Source of the DNA: Escherichia phage vB_EcoP_PAS7
Length of the DNA stretch: 42,514 bases
Sequence record: OQ921331.1
Reading direction: 5' to 3' (one strand)
The notes under the pieces were generated by a model, which saw nothing but the letters and a program-made list of their open reading frames with translations, did not search any database and had not been told where the DNA came from. Below, one piece after another: positions 24,971 through 35,706 of the stretch. The position numbers and the translations under genes were made by a program. Every line of letters starts with the position of its first letter. The stretch's first letter is position 1.

Positions 24971-27304
24971 ATGGCTACAAGACCTAGCTCTAACGCATTA
25001 GAAGGTACTATCCCTAGCTTACTGCAAGGGGTCTCTCAGCAGATTCCACGTGAGCGTAAGCCCGGTCAGTTAGGTTCTCAAGTGAACATGCTATCTGACC
25101 CCGTTACCGGTATCCGTCGAAGACCTGCTGCTAAGCTGCTTCAGGACGCTACAGGTATTCCAGCGCCATTAACAGGTAAGCTATTTACTGCTTACGTAGA
25201 GCGTGGTACTGACGGCAGACATCTACTGATTGACACTACTAACGGTAACTGGTGGCTTCTGGCTAAGAATACCGGCAGCATAGTTAACCGTGGTAATAGT
25301 CCGTATCTGATTGCTAGTATAGGCGCGGTATCCATTCAGACTGCCAGTGTAGGTGGGTTAACTTACATCCTTAATACCGAGCAGAGGCCTGTTACTAACA
25401 TTAATAATGGCAATAAACAGAACCCCGCTAACACAGGCTTTGCCAGAGTACTGACAGGTGGCTTTAATAAACAGTGGACTCTTAATGTATACGCTAATGG
25501 AACTGTTTACACCAGCAGCTTCTATCAGAGTCAGGATGATATAGCAGGTTCCACTGCTGCTGCTATAGCTGGTAAGTGGCGTGATGGGTTACAATCTCAG
25601 ATGCCAGCAAACTCAGTGTTTGTGCAGGGTAGTTCTATATTCGTTAGAGGTACGAACGTATCTGTAGAGACTGATGCAGGTACTGCATATGCACTTACTT
25701 CTGGACAGTCTCGGGTAAATCAGGAAACTGACCTACCAGCAGTACTACCAGCAACAGCAGACGGTGCACTATGCGCAGTAGGTCAAGCAGGGGCAGATAG
25801 TACTTGGTATCAGTACGATTACTCTAAACGTAGCTGGATTGAGACTGGTGCTTATAATAGCATAAGCAGCGTTACTAACGTACCTTTAGAATTGGCAGTA
25901 GATGATAATATTATCGAACGCCCTTTCGAAGGTAGGCTCTCAGGAGATGACGAAACTAACGCAGACCCTTACTTCATTACCAACGGTTACTTCACAGGTA
26001 TTGCGGCATTTCAAGGGCGGCTAGTACTACTGTCTGGTGCAGGTATTACATTCTCAGCGTCAGGCCTGTATCAGCGCTACTATCGAAGCACAGTAACCTC
26101 ACTGTTGGATACTGACCGTATAGATATTGCGGCAGCATCTGCGCAGGACTCTGTGTTCCGCACAGCCTTACAGTTCAACCGAGATTTAACTATCTTTGGT
26201 GACAGTATGCAGGCAGTAGTACCGGGCGGTGGTGCGTTAACCCCTACAAACGCAAGCGTAACATTAACGTCAGAGTTCTCGAGTGACAGTCGGGTTGTGC
26301 CAATTGTCGCAGGTCAGACTATCCTCTACCCGAACCGTAGGAACGAAGGTTATGCAGGAGTGCTTGAGTTCTTGCCAAGTCCTTACACTGCCAGTCAGTA
26401 CACTACGCAGGATGCTACTGCGCACCTGCCCCGTTATATACCGGGCCGTATCATGAAGATGGTACTTAGCTCCGTAACTAACATAGGATTTATTCAGTAC
26501 AGCGGTGAGCGTAACGCACTGCTTGTGCACGAGTATCTCTGGACGGGTGATGGCAAGGCGCAGGCTGCTTGGCATAAGTGGACGTTCAAACAAGAAGTAC
26601 TGAGCGTGCATAGTCAATCAGAAGTAATGTACTTGTTTACACGTAACCCTAGCTCAGGTGAAGTACAGGTCCAGACTATTGACCCCCGCGAAGGGTTTGT
26701 AGCTGATGGCTTGTACGAAGTTCCATACCTAGATGCGCGTACCTTAATGAGCGTACAAGGCGGTCAGTTCACAGTTCCAGCGCATTTACGCGGCTCTGAT
26801 TACATGCAAGACCTTGCGTTAGCATATCCAGAGACTAGTGGATTAGCAGGTGATAATGTTGGCATTCTATCCTATGACGGAGATACAGGTAAGGTAGTAA
26901 GAGGTGTTCCAGATGGTAACTATTATATAGGCTTCCGTATTCCGAGCAGCTTTACTATTACCCCGCCTATGATAAAGGACGCTAACGATAACTTGGTAGG
27001 TTCTGGGCATGTACGCCTGTTGCGTCTAGATGCAGCTGCGCGTAAGTCCGGTGTATTCTATGTAGAGGTCAAGGACACTGCCAGAGGTGTAGATAATGAT
27101 AATCTATACTCAGGGCTGTTACTGAACTCACGAGAACTTGCGCCTGACCTAGCTCCTAGATTTGAACTAGGTAACGTTATAATCCCTTGCAGGACTAACT
27201 CCGATACTACTGAGGTTACTTTCAGTACTCGAGATACGTTAGAAATGAACATACTGGATATCTCGTATATCCTTAAATACAGTCCACGTCGTAGACGTAT
27301 ATAA
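24971..27304 (+). CDS. tail tubular protein B
   Basis: 777 aa; position and size as T7 gp12. Confidence 0.6.
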   Translation: MATRPSSNALEGTIPSLLQGVSQQIPRERKPGQLGSQVNMLSDPVTGIRRRPAAKLLQDATGIPAPLTGKLFTAYVERGTDGRHLLIDTTNGNWWLLAKNTGSIVNRGNSPYLIASIGAVSIQTASVGGLTYILNTEQRPVTNINNGNKQNPANTGFARVLTGGFNKQWTLNVYANGTVYTSSFYQSQDDIAGSTAAAIAGKWRDGLQSQMPANSVFVQGSSIFVRGTNVSVETDAGTAYALTSGQSRVNQETDLPAVLPATADGALCAVGQAGADSTWYQYDYSKRSWIETGAYNSISSVTNVPLELAVDDNIIERPFEGRLSGDDETNADPYFITNGYFTGIAAFQGRLVLLSGAGITFSASGLYQRYYRSTVTSLLDTDRIDIAAASAQDSVFRTALQFNRDLTIFGDSMQAVVPGGGALTPTNASVTLTSEFSSDSRVVPIVAGQTILYPNRRNEGYAGVLEFLPSPYTASQYTTQDATAHLPRYIPGRIMKMVLSSVTNIGFIQYSGERNALLVHEYLWTGDGKAQAAWHKWTFKQEVLSVHSQSEVMYLFTRNPSSGEVQVQTIDPREGFVADGLYEVPYLDARTLMSVQGGQFTVPAHLRGSDYMQDLALAYPETSGLAGDNVGILSYDGDTGKVVRGVPDGNYYIGFRIPSSFTITPPMIKDANDNLVGSGHVRLLRLDAAARKSGVFYVEVKDTARGVDNDNLYSGLLLNSRELAPDLAPRFELGNVIIPCRTNSDTTEVTFSTRDTLEMNILDISYILKYSPRRRRI

Positions 27305-27318
27305 CAAGGAGGCTGCCT

Positions 27319-27885
27319 ATGTGGCAGTACGTAGCAGCACAAGCCGCCGCTTCGCTGTTCCAGATTGGCGGCCAAATTGAAGCGCAGGTTGAGCAGTCTA
27401 AAGCGGTACAGGCTCAGCTGGCTAAAGGCATAAGCCAATTAAACTTACAGCGCAGTCAGTCAAGACGGCAGACTAGCGCTGCCTTATTCAACGTTCAACA
27501 AGGTAAGCAGCAAGCACTGTCTCAGGTAGGCCTACAGGCCGCAGCCTCGGATACTGTAGGTGCAAGCGTCAGGGACGCAGTTGCTACAGTTAACGTACAA
27601 ACAGACCGTCAGGATACTGCGGTACGTGCTCAGCAGCTGGCACAGGAGCAAGGCTTCTTCCAGCAGGCAGAGGTACTTATTCAGAATGCTAGGGCTAATA
27701 CTCCTCAGCAGTCAGGTCAAGATATTGTATTCAACGCTGCACTGTCTATTGCAGGTAAGGCAGCAGGCTCCGCAGCAGCAGACGGGGTACTTGGGGATAG
27801 TGATATTCTAGGCTCCTTAGGGGAGTTCGGGCAATCTCTTAGTGGTACATACCAATCGTGGAAAAGTTATTTAGGTGGTGAGTAA
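27319..27885 (+). CDS. internal virion protein A
   Basis: 188 aa, Gln/Ala-rich, first of three core proteins after the tail tube genes. Confidence 0.5.
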   Translation: MWQYVAAQAAASLFQIGGQIEAQVEQSKAVQAQLAKGISQLNLQRSQSRRQTSAALFNVQQGKQQALSQVGLQAAASDTVGASVRDAVATVNVQTDRQDTAVRAQQLAQEQGFFQQAEVLIQNARANTPQQSGQDIVFNAALSIAGKAAGSAAADGVLGDSDILGSLGEFGQSLSGTYQSWKSYLGGE

Positions 27886-30575
27886 TGCCGATTAATCCGC
27901 AGCGTCAGGGGCTTAACTTAAGTCCTGTACAATTACAAGCTACACAGCAGAACTTTCAAACAGGTATTGGTGCAGCAGCTGTAGATGAATCAGGTCAGGC
28001 GCGTAGTGCTGCTATCAGTAAGTTCCTTAGTGATGCTGTAGGCGGCTTCCAAGAACAGGCTCAAGTATACGGTGCTAAGGCAGCGGTACAAGGTGCTCTA
28101 GATGCTCAGAATGCTGTTAATACAGCAGCCGAGAAGGATGAGCGTGTAAAACAGCAGAACTTCCTATTACGTGACTCCTACGAGTCTGGGTATGTATCTG
28201 CCGCAGTAAGTCGTGAGCTAACTGATTGGCGTACATCTGCACTGCAACGCGCACAGGAAGCAGCGGCTAATGGCCTATCTGACGATGAGTTCAGATTGCA
28301 GGAGCAGGAGAGTACTGCTAAGTTCTCAGACCAACTAAGCAAGTGGCTTCCTTCACTGGATAAGCAGGCTGCTATAGCTACGCTTGAACAGGTACGTACA
28401 TCCAGTGCAGCGAACTTCACAGCATTTCAAGAGAACCGTGCTAAGGTTGCACGCGCTAAAGCTGATACTACTCTGGACCAGAACCTGACAGCCTCGGGGC
28501 AAGAGTTCTTTACTCGTGTACAGGAAGGTAACGTTGCAGCGGCTGACTTAGCTATCGTCTCTGGTATGGGTGCTGTACTTGGCGCTAATCATCTGGATAA
28601 GGATGACAAGATTGCTAAGGTTAAGGACTACCTTGTTAGCGTAGCTCAGAACACAGATGACCCTTTGGTTATCGACCGCCTTCAGAAGATTGCTACTGAG
28701 CAGCTAGGCATTAACTCCGTAGACGTTAACAAGGCACTGCTGTCTGAGTTTAAACGCGCTGGTAATCAGATGGAAGCATCTGTGCGCTTTAATATCGCTG
28801 ACCAGCTAGAGTCCCTTAAAGGTGCATCTCCTGAGCAGCAGGAAGCTACATTAGCCCGCATTCGTTCAGATGTACAACGTTACGGACAACTGGGCGTATT
28901 AGGTGCAGGTACTCAGCTCGACATCTGGGCTAGTGCTAGTAAGGTACGTGATGAGGCTGCTGATAAGTATGCGTTCCAAGTAGCGCTTGATACTAAGCAA
29001 CCGTCAGCAGTACTAGCAGGCATGTACGGGGGGGATGTAGACAAGGCCCGTAAGGCTATTGAAAATAACTTCCCAGATGACCCTACAGGTAACGCTAACT
29101 TGTTACAGTATGGTAAGACTGCTAAAGATGCATTCATCGTACAGCGTGCGCATGAACGTACTTCTAAGTTAATGGCAGATACCTTAGCCTCTCTGGACAG
29201 TCTAGGTGAGGACGGCACTGTATCAGCAGCTAACAACGCAGCTATTGCGTCTTGGGTGCAGTTCTACCAATCCGGCGGTGACTTAGACCGCGTAAGTCTT
29301 AGCTCTGCTGTCCCTGAAGAGTACCGTGGTATTATCCAACGTGCTGCTGCTCAAGGTCAGTCTAACGCCAGTAATATCATTCTGGATGATGTACGTCGCC
29401 TTGCACGCAATAAGGCTAGCGGTCGTTACGATAACCTCCCAGCTAATCCCCCTGAAGCTGCTATTGATGCAGAGTCTACAGCTAACTGGTTCAGCTTCGG
29501 CGATACTGCTGATGCTCAACGTACAGAAGGCCGTGTAGCATTGCAGGAAGAATACAAAGCGCTTTACCGCTCTAACCCTGAGCTGCTTGTTGGTAAATCC
29601 CCGGAGGATATTAACACGCTTCTTAAGGGGAATATCCAATCTCGTAAGATTGAGGTAGAAGTAGCAGGTAAGCCACGTCACGTATATCTTCCGGCAGGTA
29701 CTAAGATTCAGGACTTCATGGGTTCTTACCGAGGTGACGCTGAGCAGTTCCGTACTGCGTTAAGCCAGCAGATTCAGGTTAGCGTAGATGCCGTAGCAGA
29801 CCCTTCTAAGGTAGACCGTGTAATCGTCCAAGCTGGTACAGCTGGTGCTCAGGCTCAGAATCTTACAGCTACTGTTATTACTACCGATGGTATCATGCAG
29901 AACATTAGCATTGATAACGAGCAGGTACAGCAGCTAGCACAGCAAGGTTATAATGAAGCCTTAGCAGGCGGTATCAAGATTGGCGAACAGGCTATAGGCT
30001 CACGTCCTGCTACCTTCTGGGATGCAGACAACGGTAGGACTATTAGCTTGAACGTTAACGGTAAGAACAGCGTAGGACTTCCTCCTGCTGTGTATTCTGA
30101 TATCATTGCTACTACTGCCCAGTTCGAAGGATTCCGCGCTACTAAAGCTAAGGGTTCTGTGGGCTTCGGTCTGCATGATAACTCTGGACTCCCTGTACCT
30201 GATAAGCTGACTCCTGAGCAAGGTGTAGAGTTATTGAAAGGTGCTATGGAGAAGCAGTACATTCCAGCAGTGCAGAAGCAGCTGAAAGGGATTACTCAAG
30301 ACCCTAGCGCTTTGAAAGTACTGGTTGACTTGAACTATCATGGCGGTAACGGCAGCTCTATGCCTGTAGCAGATGTTCTGCGTAAGCTCAAGGATGCTAA
30401 TAAGTCTCCTGTAGGTTATGCTAATAATAACGCTGATAGCTTTGATACTCAGGCTGTAGTAGGGTTGAACGTACTGAAACAACAGCCAGCTTATAAACAG
30501 GCTCAGGCTAGTCGTAAGAAGTACCTAGAGACTAACTACTGGCAAGCAGTGCAAGCAGTCCGTTTAGGTCAGTAA
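27885..30575 (+). CDS. internal virion protein B with C-terminal lysozyme-like domain
   Basis: 896 aa; C-terminal region (about nt 30100-30520) QFEGFRATKAKGSVGFGLH...LTPEQGVELLKGAM...ALKVLVDLNYHGG parallels the P22/T4 lysozyme pattern EG...TIGVGH...ELLK...ALxSLxFNxG; the canonical Asp is not obvious. Confidence 0.6.
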   Translation: MPINPQRQGLNLSPVQLQATQQNFQTGIGAAAVDESGQARSAAISKFLSDAVGGFQEQAQVYGAKAAVQGALDAQNAVNTAAEKDERVKQQNFLLRDSYESGYVSAAVSRELTDWRTSALQRAQEAAANGLSDDEFRLQEQESTAKFSDQLSKWLPSLDKQAAIATLEQVRTSSAANFTAFQENRAKVARAKADTTLDQNLTASGQEFFTRVQEGNVAAADLAIVSGMGAVLGANHLDKDDKIAKVKDYLVSVAQNTDDPLVIDRLQKIATEQLGINSVDVNKALLSEFKRAGNQMEASVRFNIADQLESLKGASPEQQEATLARIRSDVQRYGQLGVLGAGTQLDIWASASKVRDEAADKYAFQVALDTKQPSAVLAGMYGGDVDKARKAIENNFPDDPTGNANLLQYGKTAKDAFIVQRAHERTSKLMADTLASLDSLGEDGTVSAANNAAIASWVQFYQSGGDLDRVSLSSAVPEEYRGIIQRAAAQGQSNASNIILDDVRRLARNKASGRYDNLPANPPEAAIDAESTANWFSFGDTADAQRTEGRVALQEEYKALYRSNPELLVGKSPEDINTLLKGNIQSRKIEVEVAGKPRHVYLPAGTKIQDFMGSYRGDAEQFRTALSQQIQVSVDAVADPSKVDRVIVQAGTAGAQAQNLTATVITTDGIMQNISIDNEQVQQLAQQGYNEALAGGIKIGEQAIGSRPATFWDADNGRTISLNVNGKNSVGLPPAVYSDIIATTAQFEGFRATKAKGSVGFGLHDNSGLPVPDKLTPEQGVELLKGAMEKQYIPAVQKQLKGITQDPSALKVLVDLNYHGGNGSSMPVADVLRKLKDANKSPVGYANNNADSFDTQAVVGLNVLKQQPAYKQAQASRKKYLETNYWQAVQAVRLGQ

Positions 30576-30595
30576 TGTAAATATTTATAAAGGGT

Positions 30596-30624
30596 TTGAC
30601 GAATCATGAAATCCGTGATATAAT
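30596..30624. promoter_or_regulatory. sigma70-consensus promoter (TTGACG-17-TATAAT) inside an 8-bp inverted repeat
   Basis: -35 at 30596-30601, -10 TATAAT at 30619-30624; flanked by AAGGGTTT (30590-30597) and AAACCCTT (30626-30633); a 7-bp hairpin GGGGTAC/GTACCCC follows at 30642-30663. Confidence 0.4.
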
Positions 30625-30715
30625 AAAACCCTTCCAGCGCCGGGGTACACTATCAAGTACCCCAGCTCTATTCTTTATCTATTCCCTTTATCAAAAAACC
30701 TTTAAGGATTATGAA

Positions 30716-33700
30716 ATGGCTCAGTTCCTGAATCAAGAAGCTAACCCCGCAATAAAGGATTCTGCTAAAGGTGATACCCTAGTAGAAGTACAGCAACCTC
30801 AAGAGACTGTCCGTTGGAATGATGCTACTGACTTAGGTGCATCTGCACTTGAACGTGCATCTTTAACAGCACAAGCTAAGACTCCAGCTGTAACAGCAGG
30901 CGAGTCCTTCATGGCTGGTGTAGGTAACTCTATTGTTGCTGCTTCATTACGTAAAGCATTCTCCCCTGACTTCCCTACTGACACATCCTTTAAACCTATT
31001 GAGATGCTTCAGAAGGATAATCGTACTCGTATCTATACTCCTAATCAGGAAGAGATTGAGTACTTACAAGGTTCAGTATCATTAGAAGACTATAACTACC
31101 GCATTGAGCAGATGCTTGAACAGCGTGAGCGTGATCAGACAGCAGGGGCTAACCTTATCTCTGGTATTGCAGGCTCCGTTATCGGTGATGCTCCTACACT
31201 GCTAGCTCCGTTTGCAGCTGCTGGCGTAGCAGGCCGTGCAGGTCTAGCGGTCCGTTCAGCTATCCGTGCAGCAGACGTAGGTTCAGCTTACTATGCACAG
31301 GACCAGCTGGGACAGTCCGAAGGTATTACCGCATTAGTAGCAGCAGTATCAGGTGTAGACCAGCTGTTCGATATTCGTAAGGCAGTTAACGCAAGACGCG
31401 CTGTTCAACGTACTGTCGCAGGTGCAACGGAAGACGTAGCCGATACTGCAGCTAACAACGCTGTAGATGCAAGTACTGGTACTACTCGTGGCAGTACTCG
31501 TACAGAAATGCAGTTCGATGAAGCTGCTCCTACTAAGCGCACAGCTCCAGACTCGGATGCCTTTACTACTAAGATTGATTCCTTAGAATCTACCCCGCTT
31601 AAGAAACCTATTCGTATCCTGAAAGGTCAGCAGGCTCGTGTAAGTGTACGCGCAAGTGACGTTACTAAGAACCTGTTAGCACGCGATGTACTGGACGAAG
31701 GCCAGAAGGCATTGCTGCGCTCGCTGGACGGTATTATCGATGATGTACCTGTACACCTCGTAGGTGACACTAACATCTCTAGCCGTTATAATCTGGCTAA
31801 CAATGCAGTTACCCTGCGTGCCTCTAAGAAAGGTCCCCGTACTTGGAACACCTACGGAGATGCTATTAATGGTCTGGATTCTAATACTGCTAAAATTGCT
31901 GTGCATGAGCTTATACACGCTGCTACTGTACGCGCTATTCAGTCAGGTACTCCAGAGGCATTGGAAGCTACCGCTAACCTTACTCGTATTCGCGAGCAGC
32001 TTCTTACTAGCCCTAATCTTAATGCGCGTATGCGTTACAGTCTGAGCAGTAACGAAGAGTTGCTTGCAGGTCTTGCAGATGATAAAGGTCTGGTTAATCT
32101 TCTGCGTAATACTGAAGTAGAAGGTGCTAGCGCTATTCGTCGTATTGCCCAAACTATCCTTAAAGCATTAGGTGCTAAGGTAGAAGGTAATGCCCTAAAC
32201 GCTGTGCTTGATTCCTATGACGCACTTCTAGATGTAGCTGCTAAAGAACGTGGTGTTACTCGCTATAAATCTCAGGCGTTCTCTGAGTATGGTGAGTTCG
32301 CCGATACAGCTAATGGCGCAGTTAAGCAGCTGGATACCTTTAAGAAGACGTTCGCCCGTAGCTTCAGCCTGTACGATAACATTGCCGAGGGTTCTAAAGA
32401 ACTAGCAGACTTGTTAGTATCTGACGGTGCAGCAGTAGGTGCTCGTCGCCCTTCAGTAGCTGATTATAAGCGTAACCTTCAGTTAGAACTGGACGGTGCT
32501 GCTTCTGTGGTTGAGAAGGCTATTGTCGACTCACTGCGCGCAGATGGTATTGGTTTACTGGATGCGTTCTTGCAACGTAACAAGTTCAAAGCTGCCCGTC
32601 GTGAGCGTGAGTCTAAACTTGCACAGTACCTTGACCAAGCATACTCAGCGGAGACAGCAGGTCGCGAGATTCCTACCCCTCCGCAGGATATCGCCCCATT
32701 AGTTAAGGCTTACGTAGATTCTGAGTGGGCTACTAAATGGTATGACCATCTCCAGAAGTCTGGACTGGTTGAGGTGGATTCTCAGATTAAGCGCAGTCCT
32801 TACTACTTCCCACGCTCGTACAGCTACGACGCTATTCGTCAGCAGATTAATACTGGTGCTCGTCAGGCTTCTGACTACCGTGACCTGTTCCGTCAAGCCC
32901 TGCGTGATATCTATCCCGATATGACAGCTGAGGTTGCTGGTCGTGTAGCTCGTGAGATGTTCGAAAGCATCTATAACGGGAAGTCTAAACAGACCGGTCC
33001 AGCATGGCGTAGTATTCTGGGGGGTGTAGGCAACGAAGTTATCGTTGATGCAATGCGTGCAGCAGGCGTAGCAGACGACCAGATTCGTAACTTCCTTACT
33101 ACTAACGTAGCACGTGAAGCGACTCAGACGTCTCGGGTTAAGAACCTGCGTACCCGTAACCGCTTTGACTTGCAGAAGGAATATGTAGTTAACGGTCAGG
33201 CTATGCGCATGGCTGACATTCTGGATACCGACGTGGCTAAGCAGATGCAAGGTTATACTAACCGCGTATCAGGCCGTGTAGCATTTGCATACGCAGGTGT
33301 AACTGACCTGAATGCACTGGAAGGTATGATTAACGCAGCTAAGTCTACAGTACGCGATCCAGACCGTTATCAGAAGCATGTAGACGATACTATCGACTTC
33401 ATGGTAGGTGCACCTGTTCAAGGTTCAGAAGTACCGGAGATATTCCGTGCAGCTGGCAACCTTGCTAACGCCACTGTACTTAAGAACTCCGGTTTGTATC
33501 AGTTGGCAGATACTGCGCTAGCTATGAAAGAGTTTGGGATGGCCCGAGTACTTCGCAGCATGAAGAAAGAGAAGTGGTGGAAGGAAGCTACAGCGGTCGC
33601 TAAAGATGCTAGTCAATCCGCCCGTCTTGATTCTATCCTGCGCGGCAGTATTCAGAAGGAACTTCGGTTCCGTTGGTTGAACTCTTATGCTGATGACAAC

Positions 33701-34486
33701 TTAGACCTTACCCGTAGTTCTCGCTGGTTCAACATTACGCAGAACATCGGTCAGGCTGCACGTCACGTAAACGGTATGGGTCTGGTGCATCGTCTTCAGA
33801 CTAACGTTAACGCAGGTATCGTAATGGACGAGCTTAAGCTCATGCTGAACGGCGATGCAGAAGCTACTAAGCGTTTACAGCGTTGGGGTCTTGACCCTGA
33901 ACTTGCTAAGCGTATGCAAGCTGCTGCTAGTCCTGATGTAGATGCTTTACTGCCAGATGACTTACAGCTTCAGCTAGAGATTATTGGTACTCGTCTAATG
34001 GATCATGTTATCCAGCAGATTCGTGTAGGTGAGACTTCTCACTTTGCACAGTTCAGTCCAGTAGGTCGCGTAGTAGTTGGTTACGGTAGCTTTGCTGTAG
34101 CTGGTACTAACAAGATTCTACGTCGTGAGTACCGTGATAACGGCTGGATTGGCTTAGCACACCTTGCTGCGTATCAGTTCCCTTTGATGTACCTTATTAC
34201 TCAAGCACGTTTATCTGCTGATGGTAGGAAGGAATCAGAAGGTAAGATTATTGCAGAGGCTGTTAAAGCTATGAGCATCCTAGGCGGGTTCAGCTTCGTA
34301 ACTGGTATCTTCGACGATCAAACCCCTAAACATAGCCTGACCGCTACTGGTTATGCTATGAACATCTTAGGCCTGATTCAGAAGGTAGCGGCAGGTGAAG
34401 CAGGCCTTAAAGACGTGTCCCGCAGCCTCCCGCTGTTGCAGGAGTTCATGCCGACCCGTGCAATCATTAATAACTTTGGAGATTAA
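30716..34486 (+). CDS. internal virion protein C (largest core/ejection protein)
   Basis: ORF track 30596..34486 starts at the TTG of the -35 box; the in-frame ATG at 30716 has an AAGGATT RBS; about 1256 aa. Confidence 0.6.
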   Translation: MAQFLNQEANPAIKDSAKGDTLVEVQQPQETVRWNDATDLGASALERASLTAQAKTPAVTAGESFMAGVGNSIVAASLRKAFSPDFPTDTSFKPIEMLQKDNRTRIYTPNQEEIEYLQGSVSLEDYNYRIEQMLEQRERDQTAGANLISGIAGSVIGDAPTLLAPFAAAGVAGRAGLAVRSAIRAADVGSAYYAQDQLGQSEGITALVAAVSGVDQLFDIRKAVNARRAVQRTVAGATEDVADTAANNAVDASTGTTRGSTRTEMQFDEAAPTKRTAPDSDAFTTKIDSLESTPLKKPIRILKGQQARVSVRASDVTKNLLARDVLDEGQKALLRSLDGIIDDVPVHLVGDTNISSRYNLANNAVTLRASKKGPRTWNTYGDAINGLDSNTAKIAVHELIHAATVRAIQSGTPEALEATANLTRIREQLLTSPNLNARMRYSLSSNEELLAGLADDKGLVNLLRNTEVEGASAIRRIAQTILKALGAKVEGNALNAVLDSYDALLDVAAKERGVTRYKSQAFSEYGEFADTANGAVKQLDTFKKTFARSFSLYDNIAEGSKELADLLVSDGAAVGARRPSVADYKRNLQLELDGAASVVEKAIVDSLRADGIGLLDAFLQRNKFKAARRERESKLAQYLDQAYSAETAGREIPTPPQDIAPLVKAYVDSEWATKWYDHLQKSGLVEVDSQIKRSPYYFPRSYSYDAIRQQINTGARQASDYRDLFRQALRDIYPDMTAEVAGRVAREMFESIYNGKSKQTGPAWRSILGGVGNEVIVDAMRAAGVADDQIRNFLTTNVAREATQTSRVKNLRTRNRFDLQKEYVVNGQAMRMADILDTDVAKQMQGYTNRVSGRVAFAYAGVTDLNALEGMINAAKSTVRDPDRYQKHVDDTIDFMVGAPVQGSEVPEIFRAAGNLANATVLKNSGLYQLADTALAMKEFGMARVLRSMKKEKWWKEATAVAKDASQSARLDSILRGSIQKELRFRWLNSYADDNLDLTRSSRWFNITQNIGQAARHVNGMGLVHRLQTNVNAGIVMDELKLMLNGDAEATKRLQRWGLDPELAKRMQAAASPDVDALLPDDLQLQLEIIGTRLMDHVIQQIRVGETSHFAQFSPVGRVVVGYGSFAVAGTNKILRREYRDNGWIGLAHLAAYQFPLMYLITQARLSADGRKESEGKIIAEAVKAMSILGGFSFVTGIFDDQTPKHSLTATGYAMNILGLIQKVAAGEAGLKDVSRSLPLLQEFMPTRAIINNFGD

Positions 34487-34488
34487 GA

Positions 34489-35697
34489 ATGGCTTACAGC
34501 TGGCAAGAACAACGCTTGCCAGCGGGAAGTCAGACCGTACCTGTAGAGATTCAGTACCTTGACCGCTCGTACATTCATTTGTACATCAACGAGGTTGAGG
34601 TTACTGACTTTACATGGGGTAGTGATACGCTTATCCGGTTTGACCAAACGCTGGCAGAAGAGTCTACTGTACTACTAGTTCGCCGCACCCCGCGCGAATA
34701 CCTGTACCTTATGTTCTCTGAGGGCGCTGCCTTTATTAAAGAGAACTTGGATACACAGAATCGTCAGTTCCTGCATTTAGCTCAGGAGCTTGTAGAAGGC
34801 CGTTCTGTTGACGGTTTCTTCGGTAACATTGATATGAACGGCTATCGGATTGTTAACCTGCGCGCAGGCGAGCAACCGGGGGATGCTGTTAATAAGGGCC
34901 AGTTGGATGCTGAAGCTTTGAGAATATCTGCGTTAGAGAACACATTCGTCTCTCAGACTAATTCTTATCCGTGGTATACTACTGCCACAGAACCTACAGA
35001 TATACTTACACCTCCGCTAGTCTTTAATAAAGCATCTGTGTATATTAATGGAGTATGTCAGACCCCAGGCTACAGTTATGAAGTAGTAGCTAATACTATT
35101 ATGCTGGCTGACCCTATTCCGGCAGGTACACACGTATTTGCACGTTTAGGTGAGGATGTTACGGACCTAGTACCTGACTATGCTACAGGCAGCCAACTAC
35201 AGGCAGTAGCCCAACGTACTACGCTAGTAGAAGAAGATATGCAGACTGTGCAAGCATCTATGAATAGTTTGCAATCTGACGTTACTTCTTTAGACACCTC
35301 TAAGGCGGCTAAAGGTGATGCAGGGCTTGCTCAGTTAGGAGCTACGGCTGTAGGGTCTGCTGTATTTAAAGCAGCTTCACAGGTAGATGCTAGAGCTGCT
35401 ATCGGCGCTAATAGCTCACTAAGCCAACAGGCCCAGCAGACTTTTAGAGATGCAGCCACTGGTTTTACTATTAAGATGGGAGTACTCCCAGCTTCGCTGA
35501 CTTCCCCTTACACGGTAACATTTGATATTCCGTTTACTGCCTTATTTCAAGTGCAGCTTACAGGCGGCCCTACTACTGGGGAAAGTGCTACAGGTAACGC
35601 GCAGGTTAGTGCACTAGCAGCATCCTCGTTTACCTGTAAAGCAGCAGCAGTAGCAGAGCTACAAGGCTGCTATTGGGTAGCGTATGGTACCAGTTAA
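34489..35697 (+). CDS. tail fiber/adaptor protein with T7 gp17-like N-terminal domain
   Basis: GYRIVNLRAGEQPGDAVNKGQLDAEA parallels T7 gp17 GRRIVNLANAVDDRDAVPFGQLKTM. Confidence 0.65.
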   Translation: MAYSWQEQRLPAGSQTVPVEIQYLDRSYIHLYINEVEVTDFTWGSDTLIRFDQTLAEESTVLLVRRTPREYLYLMFSEGAAFIKENLDTQNRQFLHLAQELVEGRSVDGFFGNIDMNGYRIVNLRAGEQPGDAVNKGQLDAEALRISALENTFVSQTNSYPWYTTATEPTDILTPPLVFNKASVYINGVCQTPGYSYEVVANTIMLADPIPAGTHVFARLGEDVTDLVPDYATGSQLQAVAQRTTLVEEDMQTVQASMNSLQSDVTSLDTSKAAKGDAGLAQLGATAVGSAVFKAASQVDARAAIGANSSLSQQAQQTFRDAATGFTIKMGVLPASLTSPYTVTFDIPFTALFQVQLTGGPTTGESATGNAQVSALAASSFTCKAAAVAELQGCYWVAYGTS

Positions 35698-35706
35698 GGA
35701 GTAATT

